58,402 nucleotides of DNA from Minisyncoccia bacterium (GCA_041736805.1 JBGSSW010000008.1:68897-127298), one strand, 5' to 3'; shown: positions 8,296-17,671, counted from the stretch's first letter. Notes: generated by a model from the letters alone, not told the origin. Numbers and translations: made by a program.

Positions 8296-9930
8296 ATGAC
8301 TATTTCTATTCGTCACTGGTGGAGCTTGCTTATACTGACACTTTTTTTATTGCTTCCAATTGCTAATATTGAAGCGGCCAACACAGTTAGTGTTAACAAC
8401 GGCGAGCCAATGAAGACTTTAGTCTGGGCGGTTGGTGGAGCTCCTAGTTGTTCTCCAGCAACAACATATCCACCAGCACCTTTCGCAGCAGACGGAATAA
8501 GTGCCAGTTGGATTAGTGCCACAAGGACTGGTAATGGCACTACTGATTTTGGAGGGGTAAATGTTGATGTGTCAGCTCATTTGGCTCTTTTGGGAGTTAG
8601 TTTTAATTCTTATGACTTTTCTTGCTCTGTGCCGGTTACTGGTCCGTCTGATATAGCTACTCTAGTAGTTTGTGACAACATCACTGTGGCAGCGGATGGA
8701 GCCGGGGGTTGCGCGCCCAAATTTCCCGACTTGGTTCCGGTCGGAGGCTTAGTCGTTAATGGGGCTTTAAACCAATGGGGAACAGTCAGTTTCACTGGGC
8801 AAGTAAGAAATGCTGGCAATGCCCCAACTCCAAATGGTTTTGAAAATAATTTCAGCTATCGTTGGGGAGGAGTGGGAGCATGGATAGATATATTACCCCA
8901 CGCAACAAAAAATATTTTGCCGGCCGGATCAACTGCTGCTTTGGATACTTCACCTAACTTTACTCTAACTAATAGCGGTATTTTAGAAGTACAGTATTGC
9001 GTTGATTCGGGTAATCTTGTAAATGATGGACCAAACGAAGGTAATGAATGCATAGTAACTTCAGTCATTGTTGTACCAAATGCTCCTGTCCCGATCATAA
9101 ATTCTTTTAACGGAACTCCAACGGTAGTTAGTGGCGGACAGCCAACTTTAAATTGGAATGTCAGTAATGCTACTGATTGTAGTATTAATCAAGGTATTGG
9201 CCCGGTTATCCCGCCAAGAGCTTTGGTTGATAGCACTATTGCTCCAGCCATTGTTGTGGCCACCACCTACACTTTGCAGTGTAGCAATGGTACCGGCCCA
9301 TCGCTACCTAGAGATTGGACAGTAAATATTTCTTCCGGAAACATCGCTGTGGGTAATTGTACAATAGCCCCGGAGGCGAGTAATTGTTCTACTGGTGTGA
9401 CATGGCTGGTTAACAATCCAGTTGGACCGATTGAAGTAACTCAAGCTGGTAGCCTAATTAGTAATGCTATTTCTATGGGTGCTCCTGGCACACCTGTAAC
9501 GATTAGTCCTACTAACAACACTTTAATTTTGGAAGATTTAGGTACTGGCTTTACGGATGCGGATAGTGGTAGCGCTACTTGTGATCCAACTAGCGTTTGG
9601 GTTGATACTATTGTTCCACCACGTTGTGCCACTCGACCACTAATAAGTATCTTAGCTGAACCAAATGTAATCCGTAGTGGTAATTCTGCCAATGTAGAGG
9701 TGACCATTAATTCACTTTACGATTTGAATTGTACAATTCAAGATGGCGGAGCAGTAAAATCAATTTCCCATATTCTTACTGGGGGAAGGGTACAGACATA
9801 TAGCGTTGCAACTAGGACCTTAACTTCGGCTCAGGCAGTAAAGATTGACTGTGTATCTATACCGTCACCTTTAATTAATGGAAGTGGTGAGACTAGAGTC
9901 AATGTTGTGCCGACCTACCAAGAGACTTAG
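8296..9930 (+). CDS. Secreted Ig-like/CARDB-domain surface protein
   Basis: Signal peptide (..ANIEA); CARDB-like PDLVP..VRNAG..YCVDSGNLVNDGPNEGNEC; Cys-paired WNVSNATDCSI/YTLQC modules. Confidence 0.75.
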   Translation: MTISIRHWWSLLILTLFLLLPIANIEAANTVSVNNGEPMKTLVWAVGGAPSCSPATTYPPAPFAADGISASWISATRTGNGTTDFGGVNVDVSAHLALLGVSFNSYDFSCSVPVTGPSDIATLVVCDNITVAADGAGGCAPKFPDLVPVGGLVVNGALNQWGTVSFTGQVRNAGNAPTPNGFENNFSYRWGGVGAWIDILPHATKNILPAGSTAALDTSPNFTLTNSGILEVQYCVDSGNLVNDGPNEGNECIVTSVIVVPNAPVPIINSFNGTPTVVSGGQPTLNWNVSNATDCSINQGIGPVIPPRALVDSTIAPAIVVATTYTLQCSNGTGPSLPRDWTVNISSGNIAVGNCTIAPEASNCSTGVTWLVNNPVGPIEVTQAGSLISNAISMGAPGTPVTISPTNNTLILEDLGTGFTDADSGSATCDPTSVWVDTIVPPRCATRPLISILAEPNVIRSGNSANVEVTINSLYDLNCTIQDGGAVKSISHILTGGRVQTYSVATRTLTSAQAVKIDCVSIPSPLINGSGETRVNVVPTYQET

Positions 9931-9949
9931 ACTTGCAAATTAGTTGATA

Positions 9950-9985
9950 ATAGCAGAAAAGCCGCGTCAGCGGCTTTTCTGCTAT
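9950..9985. terminator. Intrinsic terminator
   Basis: ATAGCAGAAAAGCCGC-gtca-GCGGCTTTTCTGCTAT perfect arms. Confidence 0.8.
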
Positions 9986-10007
9986 CCTTGGGTAAAACGC
10001 CAACCTC

Positions 10008-10035
10008 TTGCAAAAAAGTCAAAAATCATTATACT
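10008..10035 (+). promoter_or_regulatory. Promoter of the rplC-rplD-rplW-rplB block
   Basis: TTGCAA-N16-TATACT. Confidence 0.7.
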
Positions 10036-10041
10036 TAGCCA

Positions 10042-10321
10042 CAGTTTCTAAAGACCTACGTACAGGTGTGAGCAATCACCCTAGACCAATGGGCACAAAC
10101 CGCATCTTTATGTGTGGACCTTGTGTCTGCACTTAGGTGCGGTTTGTTGTAAATAGTGGTCCTCTTAGAACGCGACAAGTCTTATCGTCGGAAAATTTCT
10201 TTGTCAAAACATTAGACTATTCCCTCACCATACATTTGTGTGATTCAGTAATAATTTTTGTTTTTCTTCGAATTTTCCTCAACTATAAGGCTCGTCTAAA
10301 TTATTAGATAGTTCACTCGTA
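10042..10321 (+). promoter_or_regulatory. Structured 5' leader upstream of rplC (candidate r-protein leader RNA)
   Basis: Nested complementary segments, GTGA-GCAA-TCAC tetraloop hairpin, ACAAACCGCATCT/AGGTGCGGTTTGT stem. Confidence 0.55.
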
Positions 10322-10942
10322 ATGAAATTCATTATTGGAACCAAGGCCGGCATGACACAAGTTTTTGACGAAAATGGTGTTTGCAAGGCAGCTACTATTT
10401 TGAAAGTAGCGACGTCTAAAGTTTCACAAGTAAAAAATGTTGAAAAAGACGGCTATGTTGCAGTACAGATTGCCACTGGAGAACAAAAGGATCATCGAGT
10501 GCCTAAGGCACAAAAGGGTCATTTTGGAACTGGAGTACGTTACGTGAAAGAGTTTCGTCCTAAAGTGGGGGATGAAGCAACTGTCGCTGACATGGCAAAA
10601 GATACTTCTTTTGATGCTTCAATCTTTACTCCTGGTGATACGATAGCTGTCTCAGCCATCTCAAAAGGAAAAGGCTTCCAAGGTGTAGTAAAGCGTCATG
10701 GCTTTGCTGGAGGTCGCCGTAGTCACGGTCAGAAGCACTCAGAACGTGAACCGGGTTCTATTGGTTCAACTGGTCTTAATCGAGTTATGAAAGGCACTCG
10801 AATGGCTGGTCGTATGGGTTCTGACACCGTCACCATCAAAAACCTTCAAGTCCTACAAGTAAATACCGCCGAGAATGTATTACTTGTTTCCGGAGCAATA
10901 CCAGGTCGAAAAGGAACATTAGTAGAGGTGCGTGGCATCTAA
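10322..10942 (+). CDS. rplC: 50S ribosomal protein L3
   Basis: GTKAGMTQVF, SKGKGFQGVVKRHGF, PGSIG, RMAGRMG. Confidence 0.98.
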   Translation: MKFIIGTKAGMTQVFDENGVCKAATILKVATSKVSQVKNVEKDGYVAVQIATGEQKDHRVPKAQKGHFGTGVRYVKEFRPKVGDEATVADMAKDTSFDASIFTPGDTIAVSAISKGKGFQGVVKRHGFAGGRRSHGQKHSEREPGSIGSTGLNRVMKGTRMAGRMGSDTVTIKNLQVLQVNTAENVLLVSGAIPGRKGTLVEVRGI

Positions 10943-10954
10943 GTAAGCATATAT

Positions 10955-11641
10955 ATGGACGCAAAAATATATTCACACGAAGGAAATGAAGTTGGAAAGA
11001 TTTCACTTCCAGAGGCCGTCTTTGGTGTAAAGTGGAATGCTGACTTGGTGCATGAAGTGGTAGTTGGCATGCAAGCCAATGCCCGTGAATCATCAGCTCA
11101 TACTAAAGGACGTGGAGAAGTCAGAGGAGGAGGAAAGAAACCTTGGAAACAAAAAGGTACTGGGCGGGCTAGACATGGTTCTAGTCGTTCACCGATGTGG
11201 GTCGGCGGAGGTGTTTCTCATGGACCTCGAAATGAAAAGGACTATTCAGTTAAAATAAATAAAAAAGTTCGTGCTAAGGCTTTGGCCACAGTGCTTTCAA
11301 GGAAGTTTATTGACGCTGAAGTTATCTTTGTTGATACTCTAGCTCTGACTGAACCAAAAACAGCACTAGGTAAGACAGTGCTCGGAGCGATTGCCAAAGG
11401 AACTGGTCAGACTCTACTTGCTACTAAGCGAAAGAATGCTGCGATTCTTGTTTTGCCAAGCCGAAATGAGGCGGTAGAAAAAAGCTTCCGTAACTTCGGT
11501 AATATCGAAGTCATGCAAGCCAAGGACGTCAACCCAGTTGATCTTCTTACTTATAAGTATGTCGTTATGACTGAACCAACTTCAACGATTGAGGTCATCT
11601 CAAAGCGAGTTGTCGGTACAGTAGTAGCTACTAAGAAATAA
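10955..11641 (+). CDS. rplD: 50S ribosomal protein L4
   Basis: TKGRGEVRGGGKKPWKQKGTGRARHGS. Confidence 0.98.
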   Translation: MDAKIYSHEGNEVGKISLPEAVFGVKWNADLVHEVVVGMQANARESSAHTKGRGEVRGGGKKPWKQKGTGRARHGSSRSPMWVGGGVSHGPRNEKDYSVKINKKVRAKALATVLSRKFIDAEVIFVDTLALTEPKTALGKTVLGAIAKGTGQTLLATKRKNAAILVLPSRNEAVEKSFRNFGNIEVMQAKDVNPVDLLTYKYVVMTEPTSTIEVISKRVVGTVVATKK

Positions 11642-11646
11642 TTATT

Positions 11647-12018
11647 ATGGCTCTCTTTAGTCGAAAGGAAAAAACTGACACTAAGCCAAAGGCTGAAGCT
11701 GTCAGTAAAGTTCCCTCAGGGGCACTTTTCACCGATCGAGATCTGACTAGTGTTATCACTGGTCCGAGAATCACTGAGAAAGCAGTTGGCCTTGGCGACG
11801 TAAATGTTTTTGCATTTAATGTCCGTCGTGACGCCACTAAGTTTCTTGTTCGTGATGCCGTTAAGGCTCTCTATGGTGTGACGCCGGTGAAGGTAAACAT
11901 CGTCAATAAAAAACCTGCCACACGTCTTTCTGGCTCCAAAAACCGCATGGTTAAGGTGGCTGGTCAAAAGAAGGCGTATGTTTATCTTAAAAAAGGTGAC
12001 ACAATTAATCTCGTCTAG
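11647..12018 (+). CDS. rplW: 50S ribosomal protein L23 with N-terminal extension
   Basis: PRITEKA..KKAYVYLKKG; position between rplD and rplB. Confidence 0.95.
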   Translation: MALFSRKEKTDTKPKAEAVSKVPSGALFTDRDLTSVITGPRITEKAVGLGDVNVFAFNVRRDATKFLVRDAVKALYGVTPVKVNIVNKKPATRLSGSKNRMVKVAGQKKAYVYLKKGDTINLV

Positions 12019-12021
12019 TCT

Positions 12022-12882
12022 ATGAAAAAGTATAAACCTACTTCTGCTGGCCGACGTGATGGATCGGTCATCGAATACAAAAAGAAACTAACATCAACTG
12101 CCAGTAAGCCACTGAAGTCTTTGACGGCTGGCAAAAGAAGTACTGGAGGAAGAAATAATCAAGGACGTACTACCAATCTATATCGAGGAGGTGGAAATAA
12201 GAAAACTTATCGTTTGGTAGATTTCCGTTATGATAAGAAGGATATTCCAGCTCGAGTTGAGACTATCGAATATGATCCAAATCGAACTGGCTTTATCGCT
12301 CTTATTGTTTTTGCTGATGGAGAACGAAGATATATTCTAGCTCCGCAAGTATTGGCACAACATGATGAAGTTATTACTTCAGAAACAGCGAAAATCAAAC
12401 CAGGAAATCGTCTACCACTTAGTGCTATTCCAATCGGGACTCAAGTATACAACGTAGAACTTAAGCCAGGGGCTGGAGCTAAAATTGCTCGTTCAGCTGG
12501 TAACTACGTCGAAGTGGTGGCGAATGATGACGGTTACACGCTACTCAAGATGCCTTCAACCGAAATTCGAAAGGTAATTTCAACTTGCTGGGCCTCAATC
12601 GGAGCGGTGACTAATGAAGAAAACCGTTTAGTTGATCTAGGAAAGGCTGGGCGTGCACGACATCGAGGACTTCGTCCAAAGAACCGTGGTTCAGCTAGAA
12701 ACGCCGTAGACCACCCGCATGGAGGAGGAGAAGGTCGTTCACCACGTGGACACCGACGAGCTCGAACCAAGCAGGGACGTCCAACTGGAAAGGGACAAAA
12801 AACTCGTTCACCAAAGAAGTACTCAAACGTCTTCATTGTCGAACGACGCAAACCAGGAAGACTGATGGGCGGAAAAAGATAA
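12022..12882 (+). CDS. rplB: 50S ribosomal protein L2
   Basis: GRNNQGR, IEYDPNRT, NAVDHPHGGGEG. Confidence 0.98.
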   Translation: MKKYKPTSAGRRDGSVIEYKKKLTSTASKPLKSLTAGKRSTGGRNNQGRTTNLYRGGGNKKTYRLVDFRYDKKDIPARVETIEYDPNRTGFIALIVFADGERRYILAPQVLAQHDEVITSETAKIKPGNRLPLSAIPIGTQVYNVELKPGAGAKIARSAGNYVEVVANDDGYTLLKMPSTEIRKVISTCWASIGAVTNEENRLVDLGKAGRARHRGLRPKNRGSARNAVDHPHGGGEGRSPRGHRRARTKQGRPTGKGQKTRSPKKYSNVFIVERRKPGRLMGGKR

Positions 12883-12921
12883 ACAAAAAAGTCACTACGA
12901 AAGTAGTGACTTTTTTGTTTA
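12880..12921. terminator. Intrinsic terminator after rplB
   Basis: 19-bp perfect arms TAAACAAAAAAGTCACTAC-gaaa-GTAGTGACTTTTTTGTTTA. Confidence 0.85.
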
Positions 12922-13129
12922 GTACTGTGCCTGCGCACAGTACGTATCTTTTTCCGAGACGGAACCATGTCGCTTTGCGACAGGTGAGTCGTGGTCAAGA
13001 ACACTTAGTAGATTTGGAACGAAGTGAACAAATATACTTAGTGATTCGTGACGCAAGAGATAATTATACTTAGTAACTAGTGACGAAAGTGATACCTTAC
13101 GGAAGTTATATGACTATAAAGTTTGAATA

Positions 13130-13157
13130 TTGACAACGTACGTACAATGTATATACT
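13130..13157 (+). promoter_or_regulatory. Promoter of TA operon (leaderless transcript), overlapping an imperfect palindrome (possible operator)
   Basis: TTGACA-N16-TATACT, 7 nt before ATG 13165; TGAC..GTACAATGTAT..GTCA symmetry. Confidence 0.7.
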
Positions 13158-13164
13158 ACGTCAT

Positions 13165-13434
13165 ATGAATACAACTTTACAAACTAGAATTGATGCCAAA
13201 CTTAAGAAAGACGCTAGTAAAGCTTTTAAAGCTATGGGCTTAGATCTTTCAACGGGTGTTAAAATGTTTTTGACCCAGGTGGTTCGCACGCAATCAATTC
13301 CATTTGAGATTTTTACCGCCGACAATCTTCCTGAAGAGACTAAACTACAACTTAAGGAGGAAGCTGAAGAGGCACTTAAGCACGGTAAGAGGTATGCTTC
13401 AATTGAAGAAGCTCATCGTGATATATTAAGTTAA
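13165..13434 (+). CDS. RelB/DinJ-family antitoxin
   Basis: LQTRIDAKLKKDA..MGLDLSTGVKMFLTQVVRTQSIPFEI. Confidence 0.9.
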   Translation: MNTTLQTRIDAKLKKDASKAFKAMGLDLSTGVKMFLTQVVRTQSIPFEIFTADNLPEETKLQLKEEAEEALKHGKRYASIEEAHRDILS

Positions 13435-13437
13435 GTT

Positions 13438-13725
13438 ATGAATAAGTATGAAGTAATATTATCATCAAGATATAAAACTTCCCTAAAGAAATTTAGTAGA
13501 CATAAACATTTCGATAAAGATTTGCTCGAAAAAGTGGTTAAATTTATCTCCACAGGAGAAAAATTACCTAGTATTTATAAAGACCACCAATTAATTGGAA
13601 TAATGAAAGATTACCGTGAGTGTCACGTTAAAAACGACTTACTTTTAGTGTATCAAAAGCACGAAGAAGTTCTAATTCTCTTATTGATTGATATCGGTTC
13701 ACACTCGTCACTTTTTAAAAAATAA
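13438..13725 (+). CDS. YafQ-family (RelE superfamily) mRNA interferase toxin
   Basis: YKDHQLIG..YRECHVKNDLLLVY..IGSHSSLF. Confidence 0.92.
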   Translation: MNKYEVILSSRYKTSLKKFSRHKHFDKDLLEKVVKFISTGEKLPSIYKDHQLIGIMKDYRECHVKNDLLLVYQKHEEVLILLLIDIGSHSSLFKK

Positions 13726-13767
13726 ATTACACCCCCGGTTTTTTCTCTCTAGTTTTGAGAGTATATA
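13710..13767. repeat. Direct repeat copy 1 (58 bp, 4 mismatches to 14460-14517)
   Basis: ACTTTTTAAAAAATAAATTACACCCC.. recurs exactly 750 bp downstream. Confidence 0.85.
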
Positions 13768-13838
13768 GTGAGTTTTTAAGAAGGGTCGGTGTTAGATGTT
13801 GTGATCTTAATTGTATATTGTGCTTAAGCAGAACTAGC

Positions 13839-14387
13839 TTATTTAGACGTATATAACATTACTGTTGTGACTATAACTGGCCAAATTAACAGGATAATAG
13901 AAACAATTAGAAGTATATTACTAGAATTTGCTACCCAAATGAAAATTTGAAAAGGTATTGCTGCGGATAACGTTCCGGCAATGACGGTCGGAACAGTGGC
14001 AAATAAATCAAGCTTTCTTACATTTGAACAAATTGCTTGGTATGTTAAAGCTAAAACTATGGATCCAAAAAAACCTAATAATCCCATGCTTAGCGTTGTG
14101 TATTCACCACCTCTTAAAATAATACTTGGTAGCCAAACTCCTACAATATAACTTAGTGTTGTTCCTAATAGCCAAATAAATCCGTTATTGAACTTCTTCA
14201 CCCTAACGACAGCTATAAATGTAAAAAGTCCGTAAATTAAACCATTTCCAAAATATAATAAAAATAGTAAATATTCGCTAACATTGTCCTGAAATGGTAA
14301 TGAGGTGAGATAAAGCTGATAAGCACAATAACTGCTAAATAATGCTGATAAGACTGTTAGGAATAAAAATAATTTTTTATTAGTCAT
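13839..14387 (-). CDS. Multi-pass membrane protein, unknown function
   Basis: About six hydrophobic helices; AT-rich. Confidence 0.75.
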   Translation of the reverse strand: MTNKKLFLFLTVLSALFSSYCAYQLYLTSLPFQDNVSEYLLFLLYFGNGLIYGLFTFIAVVRVKKFNNGFIWLLGTTLSYIVGVWLPSIILRGGEYTTLSMGLLGFFGSIVLALTYQAICSNVRKLDLFATVPTVIAGTLSAAIPFQIFIWVANSSNILLIVSIILLIWPVIVTTVMLYTSK

Positions 14388-14459
14388 GACTTAATTAAAC
14401 TATGATTTGATTGTATAACTTAATCAAATATCAGAAAAGCTCATAAAGTGTAAAAAATA

Positions 14460-14517
14460 ACTTTTTAAAAAATAAATTACACCCCAGGTTTCTTCTCCCT
14501 AGTTTTGAAAGTATATA
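14460..14517. repeat. Direct repeat copy 2 (contains the 3' end of the DUF2103-like gene)
   Basis: Matches 13710-13767 at 54 of 58 positions. Confidence 0.85.
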
Positions 14518-14797
14518 AAGTAAGTTTTTTATGTAGTGATAGGGCATTGAAAATGTGAGGAGCTAAATCAGGATTACAATGGACAGCCACTTTCTGAATT
14601 CCTTGGCCAGAAATAATTAATTCCATTCCCGCGTTAGTAAAGACACCAGTTACTCTTCTTTTGCCACTTTGACTCTTTCCTTGAGTAATTATTCCTGGTG
14701 AAATCATAGTTACGCCAGGTATTTTCTTTAATACCTCGACAATTGTCTCAGCGGTTTCCGTGAGAGTGGTATGGGTACCACCTCGTTGGTTTTTCAT
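14477..14797 (-). CDS. DUF2103-like protein
   Basis: GGTHTTL..LKKIPGVTMISPGII..GMELIISGQGIQKV; TGnTAAACT-N8-ATG start. Confidence 0.6.
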   Translation of the reverse strand: MKNQRGGTHTTLTETAETIVEVLKKIPGVTMISPGIITQGKSQSGKRRVTGVFTNAGMELIISGQGIQKVAVHCNPDLAPHIFNALSLHKKLTLYTFKTREKKPGV

Positions 14798-14879
14798 ATG
14801 TGTGTAGTTTAACAAAAATAATTCGACTTGTAGACTTTTGCCACTTAATTTTTATACTGTCTAGTGTCATACTAGTAGC

Positions 14880-15473
14880 ATGGAAGATGATGTTAACTAC
14901 ATTAGTCGCTGTCAACTTGGTAACAATGAAGCCTTTGGTGTGCTTTATGACCGATACTTAGAGAAAATTTATCGCTATGTTTATTACAAAACTTTTAATA
15001 AAGAAGTAGCGGAAGATATAACTAGTGATGTCTTTCATAAGGCTCTCCAAAAAATTGCTACCTTCGATAAAGAGAAAGGAACTTTCTCCGCTTGGCTTTA
15101 TCGAATCGCTAGAAATAGTGTAATTGATTATTATCGAACCAAGCAGACCGACGTGCCGATTGAAGATGTTTTTGATCTTGGTATTTCTGATCGAACCGAA
15201 GAATCTCTAGATGCAATTTCAGACTTAAGTAAAGTCACCACCTATTTAGAGACTCTCAATTCCAAACAAAGAGAAATAATTATCTTACGCATTTGGGAAG
15301 AGCTTTCATATCGTGAGATTGCTGACTTAGTGGGAGGTAGTGAAGATAGTGTCAAAATGGCCTTTTCGAGAGGAATTCGCCTACTCAGAGATCAGCTCGG
15401 GGATGTTTCGCTACTTACTATATTCTTAGCCTGTGGCGCAATTAGCTCGTTACTTTTCTCTGATATTTCGTAA
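14880..15473 (+). CDS. ECF sigma-70 factor
   Basis: AFGVLYDRY..AEDITSDVF..FSAWLYRIARNSVIDYYR; region 4 ELSYREIADLVG..VK. Confidence 0.93.
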   Translation: MEDDVNYISRCQLGNNEAFGVLYDRYLEKIYRYVYYKTFNKEVAEDITSDVFHKALQKIATFDKEKGTFSAWLYRIARNSVIDYYRTKQTDVPIEDVFDLGISDRTEESLDAISDLSKVTTYLETLNSKQREIIILRIWEELSYREIADLVGGSEDSVKMAFSRGIRLLRDQLGDVSLLTIFLACGAISSLLFSDIS

Positions 15474-15484
15474 TACATTAATAT

Positions 15485-16258
15485 ATGTCTGATTTAACAG
15501 AAAAAATTATAAAAGATATTTTAGAACTTGACCCATCTTTGGCTGATAGGGAAAAAGAATTACGTAATTTGGTTACTGTTTTATTGCGCAGTAAACCTGA
15601 TATTAAGGTGGATATTGCCTTTGCCCAGAATCTACGAAGTGATTTGTTGCAGACAAATGTTCAAGCGAAAGAATGTAAGTCAAAAATTTCTTGGTGGACC
15701 TACTACTTGGCTCCGGTCGGAGTCTTGGCGGTTTTGTTTATTATGTTGATTCCGAACTACCTTTCTAAATCTACCAGTCTCCAGATGATTCCACTAGACA
15801 CTCCTTCCGACAGTTATCTCCAATCAGATGAGGTTCAGATTGAGTCAGCAACAATGAAGAGAAGTGCTACTGATGATGAAGAACAAGCAACTTTTATGCA
15901 AATGTCCACCGCTCCAATGCCTGAATTTGGTTTTGGCATTAGCACCCAAGAGCCAGGTAAAATGATTACGATAGATTTTGCTTCACTACACCATCCGGGA
16001 TTTATTGTGATACAGACCTTTGAAGAAGGGGAGATGGGAAGTATTATCGGAGCCAGTCCATTTCTTATTGAAGGACAAAGCGAAAGCGTTCTTGTTCCAC
16101 TAACTGTCGAGATAAAATTTGATCAAACCTTCTACGCTGTACTTTATAACGACAATGGAGATGGTATTTTTAACCCAGATAAAGATAAAATGTTTTATGA
16201 TGAATATGGATTACCGCTGTATCAATTATTTTCTACTACCCCGTCAGCGCTTGAGTAG
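15485..16258 (+). CDS. Membrane-anchored protein, probable anti-sigma factor
   Basis: Directly follows the ECF sigma; short cytoplasmic N-domain, one TM, extracellular domain GFIVI..IIGAS..AVLYNDNGDG. Confidence 0.6.
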   Translation: MSDLTEKIIKDILELDPSLADREKELRNLVTVLLRSKPDIKVDIAFAQNLRSDLLQTNVQAKECKSKISWWTYYLAPVGVLAVLFIMLIPNYLSKSTSLQMIPLDTPSDSYLQSDEVQIESATMKRSATDDEEQATFMQMSTAPMPEFGFGISTQEPGKMITIDFASLHHPGFIVIQTFEEGEMGSIIGASPFLIEGQSESVLVPLTVEIKFDQTFYAVLYNDNGDGIFNPDKDKMFYDEYGLPLYQLFSTTPSALE

Positions 16259-16342
16259 GAGCGTAGTTACCTTTTAGTATTTGCCACGTAGTTCAAAAGA
16301 GAGAAATTGGTAAACAATTATTAAAGTAAATAAACACAAAGT

Positions 16343-17377
16343 ATGGACTTTTTAAAAAAGTTTGATTTGACAGGAGTACAGTTTATAAAAATTATTGGTC
16401 TCTTAGCCATCGCGCTTATTGGACTGACACTTCTGATGAATATGTTTTCAGCCAGTGGCATCGGGATTAATTCAATGAGCTCAAAGATGGGTGTCAGTAC
16501 TCCTAGTATGTATATGGATAGTGCGGAAGAATATGCTTATGGTGCACCTGAATTATCGATGCGTAACGTCGGTATTGATGTCATGCCTATTATGCCTGGC
16601 GGCGGATATACTTCTGGAGCCGATGCGGAAGCTTATGAGGTCAAGGAGTATTACGCTTCGATTGAAACCCGTAACTTAACCGCGGATTGCTTAGCCATAC
16701 GCAATTTAAAAAATAGAAAAGAAGTCATTTTTGAAAATGCCAATGAATCAGAAAGAGGCTGTAACTTTACTTTTAAAGTAGAAAAAGAAAGTGTTGACTC
16801 TATTCTGTCGCTGATTAAAGATTTAGATCCTAAAGAAATAAATGAAAATAGCTACACAATCAAGAAAGAGGTAAGTGACTATACAAGTGAAATTGAAATC
16901 TTAGAAAGCAAACTTGCTTCACTAGATAAGACCTTAGCAGAAGCCTTGTCTTCTTATGAAAGTATTACCGGACTTGCAACTAGAGTTGGTGACGTAGAAA
17001 GTCTTGCTAAAATAATCGATAGTAAACTTAATTTAATTGAAAGACTAACCAATGCCCGGATTGAGGTTGGTGGCCAATTAGAACGTATTAATCGAGCCAA
17101 AGCCGAAGCCTTAGATAGACTAGACTACACCTACTTCAATGTAAATGTTTACGAAAGTAAGTTTGTCGATGAGCAACAAATAAAGGATTCTTGGAAATTT
17201 GCTATGCAACAATTTGTTCGTGACACTAATAAATTAGTACAAGATTTAAGTATTGGTTTTGTGACACTATTACTTAACATTGTCAAATTTGCCCTTTATG
17301 GTATTGTGCTGCTATTGGTAGTTCGTTTTGGTTACATTTTCGCCCGTAAGGTCTGGAAAGGTGGAGCTAATAACTAG
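16343..17377 (+). CDS. DUF4349-like membrane protein
   Basis: N-terminal TM, coiled coil, YTYFNVNVYE, C-terminal TM; architecture common near ECF modules. Confidence 0.6.
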   Translation: MDFLKKFDLTGVQFIKIIGLLAIALIGLTLLMNMFSASGIGINSMSSKMGVSTPSMYMDSAEEYAYGAPELSMRNVGIDVMPIMPGGGYTSGADAEAYEVKEYYASIETRNLTADCLAIRNLKNRKEVIFENANESERGCNFTFKVEKESVDSILSLIKDLDPKEINENSYTIKKEVSDYTSEIEILESKLASLDKTLAEALSSYESITGLATRVGDVESLAKIIDSKLNLIERLTNARIEVGGQLERINRAKAEALDRLDYTYFNVNVYESKFVDEQQIKDSWKFAMQQFVRDTNKLVQDLSIGFVTLLLNIVKFALYGIVLLLVVRFGYIFARKVWKGGANN

Positions 17378-17441
17378 AACAATTTACCAAACTGTAAGAT
17401 AAGTGAACTTGAAGCGTCAGAGTTAATATCAACATAAGATT

Positions 17442-17654
17442 ATGTACGAAAAAGCCAAAAACTTTACCCTCACTAGACCGCGACTTAAAAAAGTCGTGGG
17501 TGGGTTTCTGGTGATAGTCGGTCTTATTGCTCTGGTTACTCCACTGACCCCAGGGGCTGCTCTGATGCTATTTCTTGGCTTTGAACTTCTCGGACTCAGA
17601 TTTATGTTTTTGGAGAGACTATTTAGACGTAATATTCAGCCAAAAACTGAGTAA
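17442..17654 (+). CDS. Small two-TM membrane protein (PGPGW-like hairpin)
   Basis: VVGGFLVIVGLIALVTPLTPGAALMLFLGFELLG. Confidence 0.65.
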   Translation: MYEKAKNFTLTRPRLKKVVGGFLVIVGLIALVTPLTPGAALMLFLGFELLGLRFMFLERLFRRNIQPKTE

Positions 17655-17671
17655 TAAATTGGAGTCTCCAG

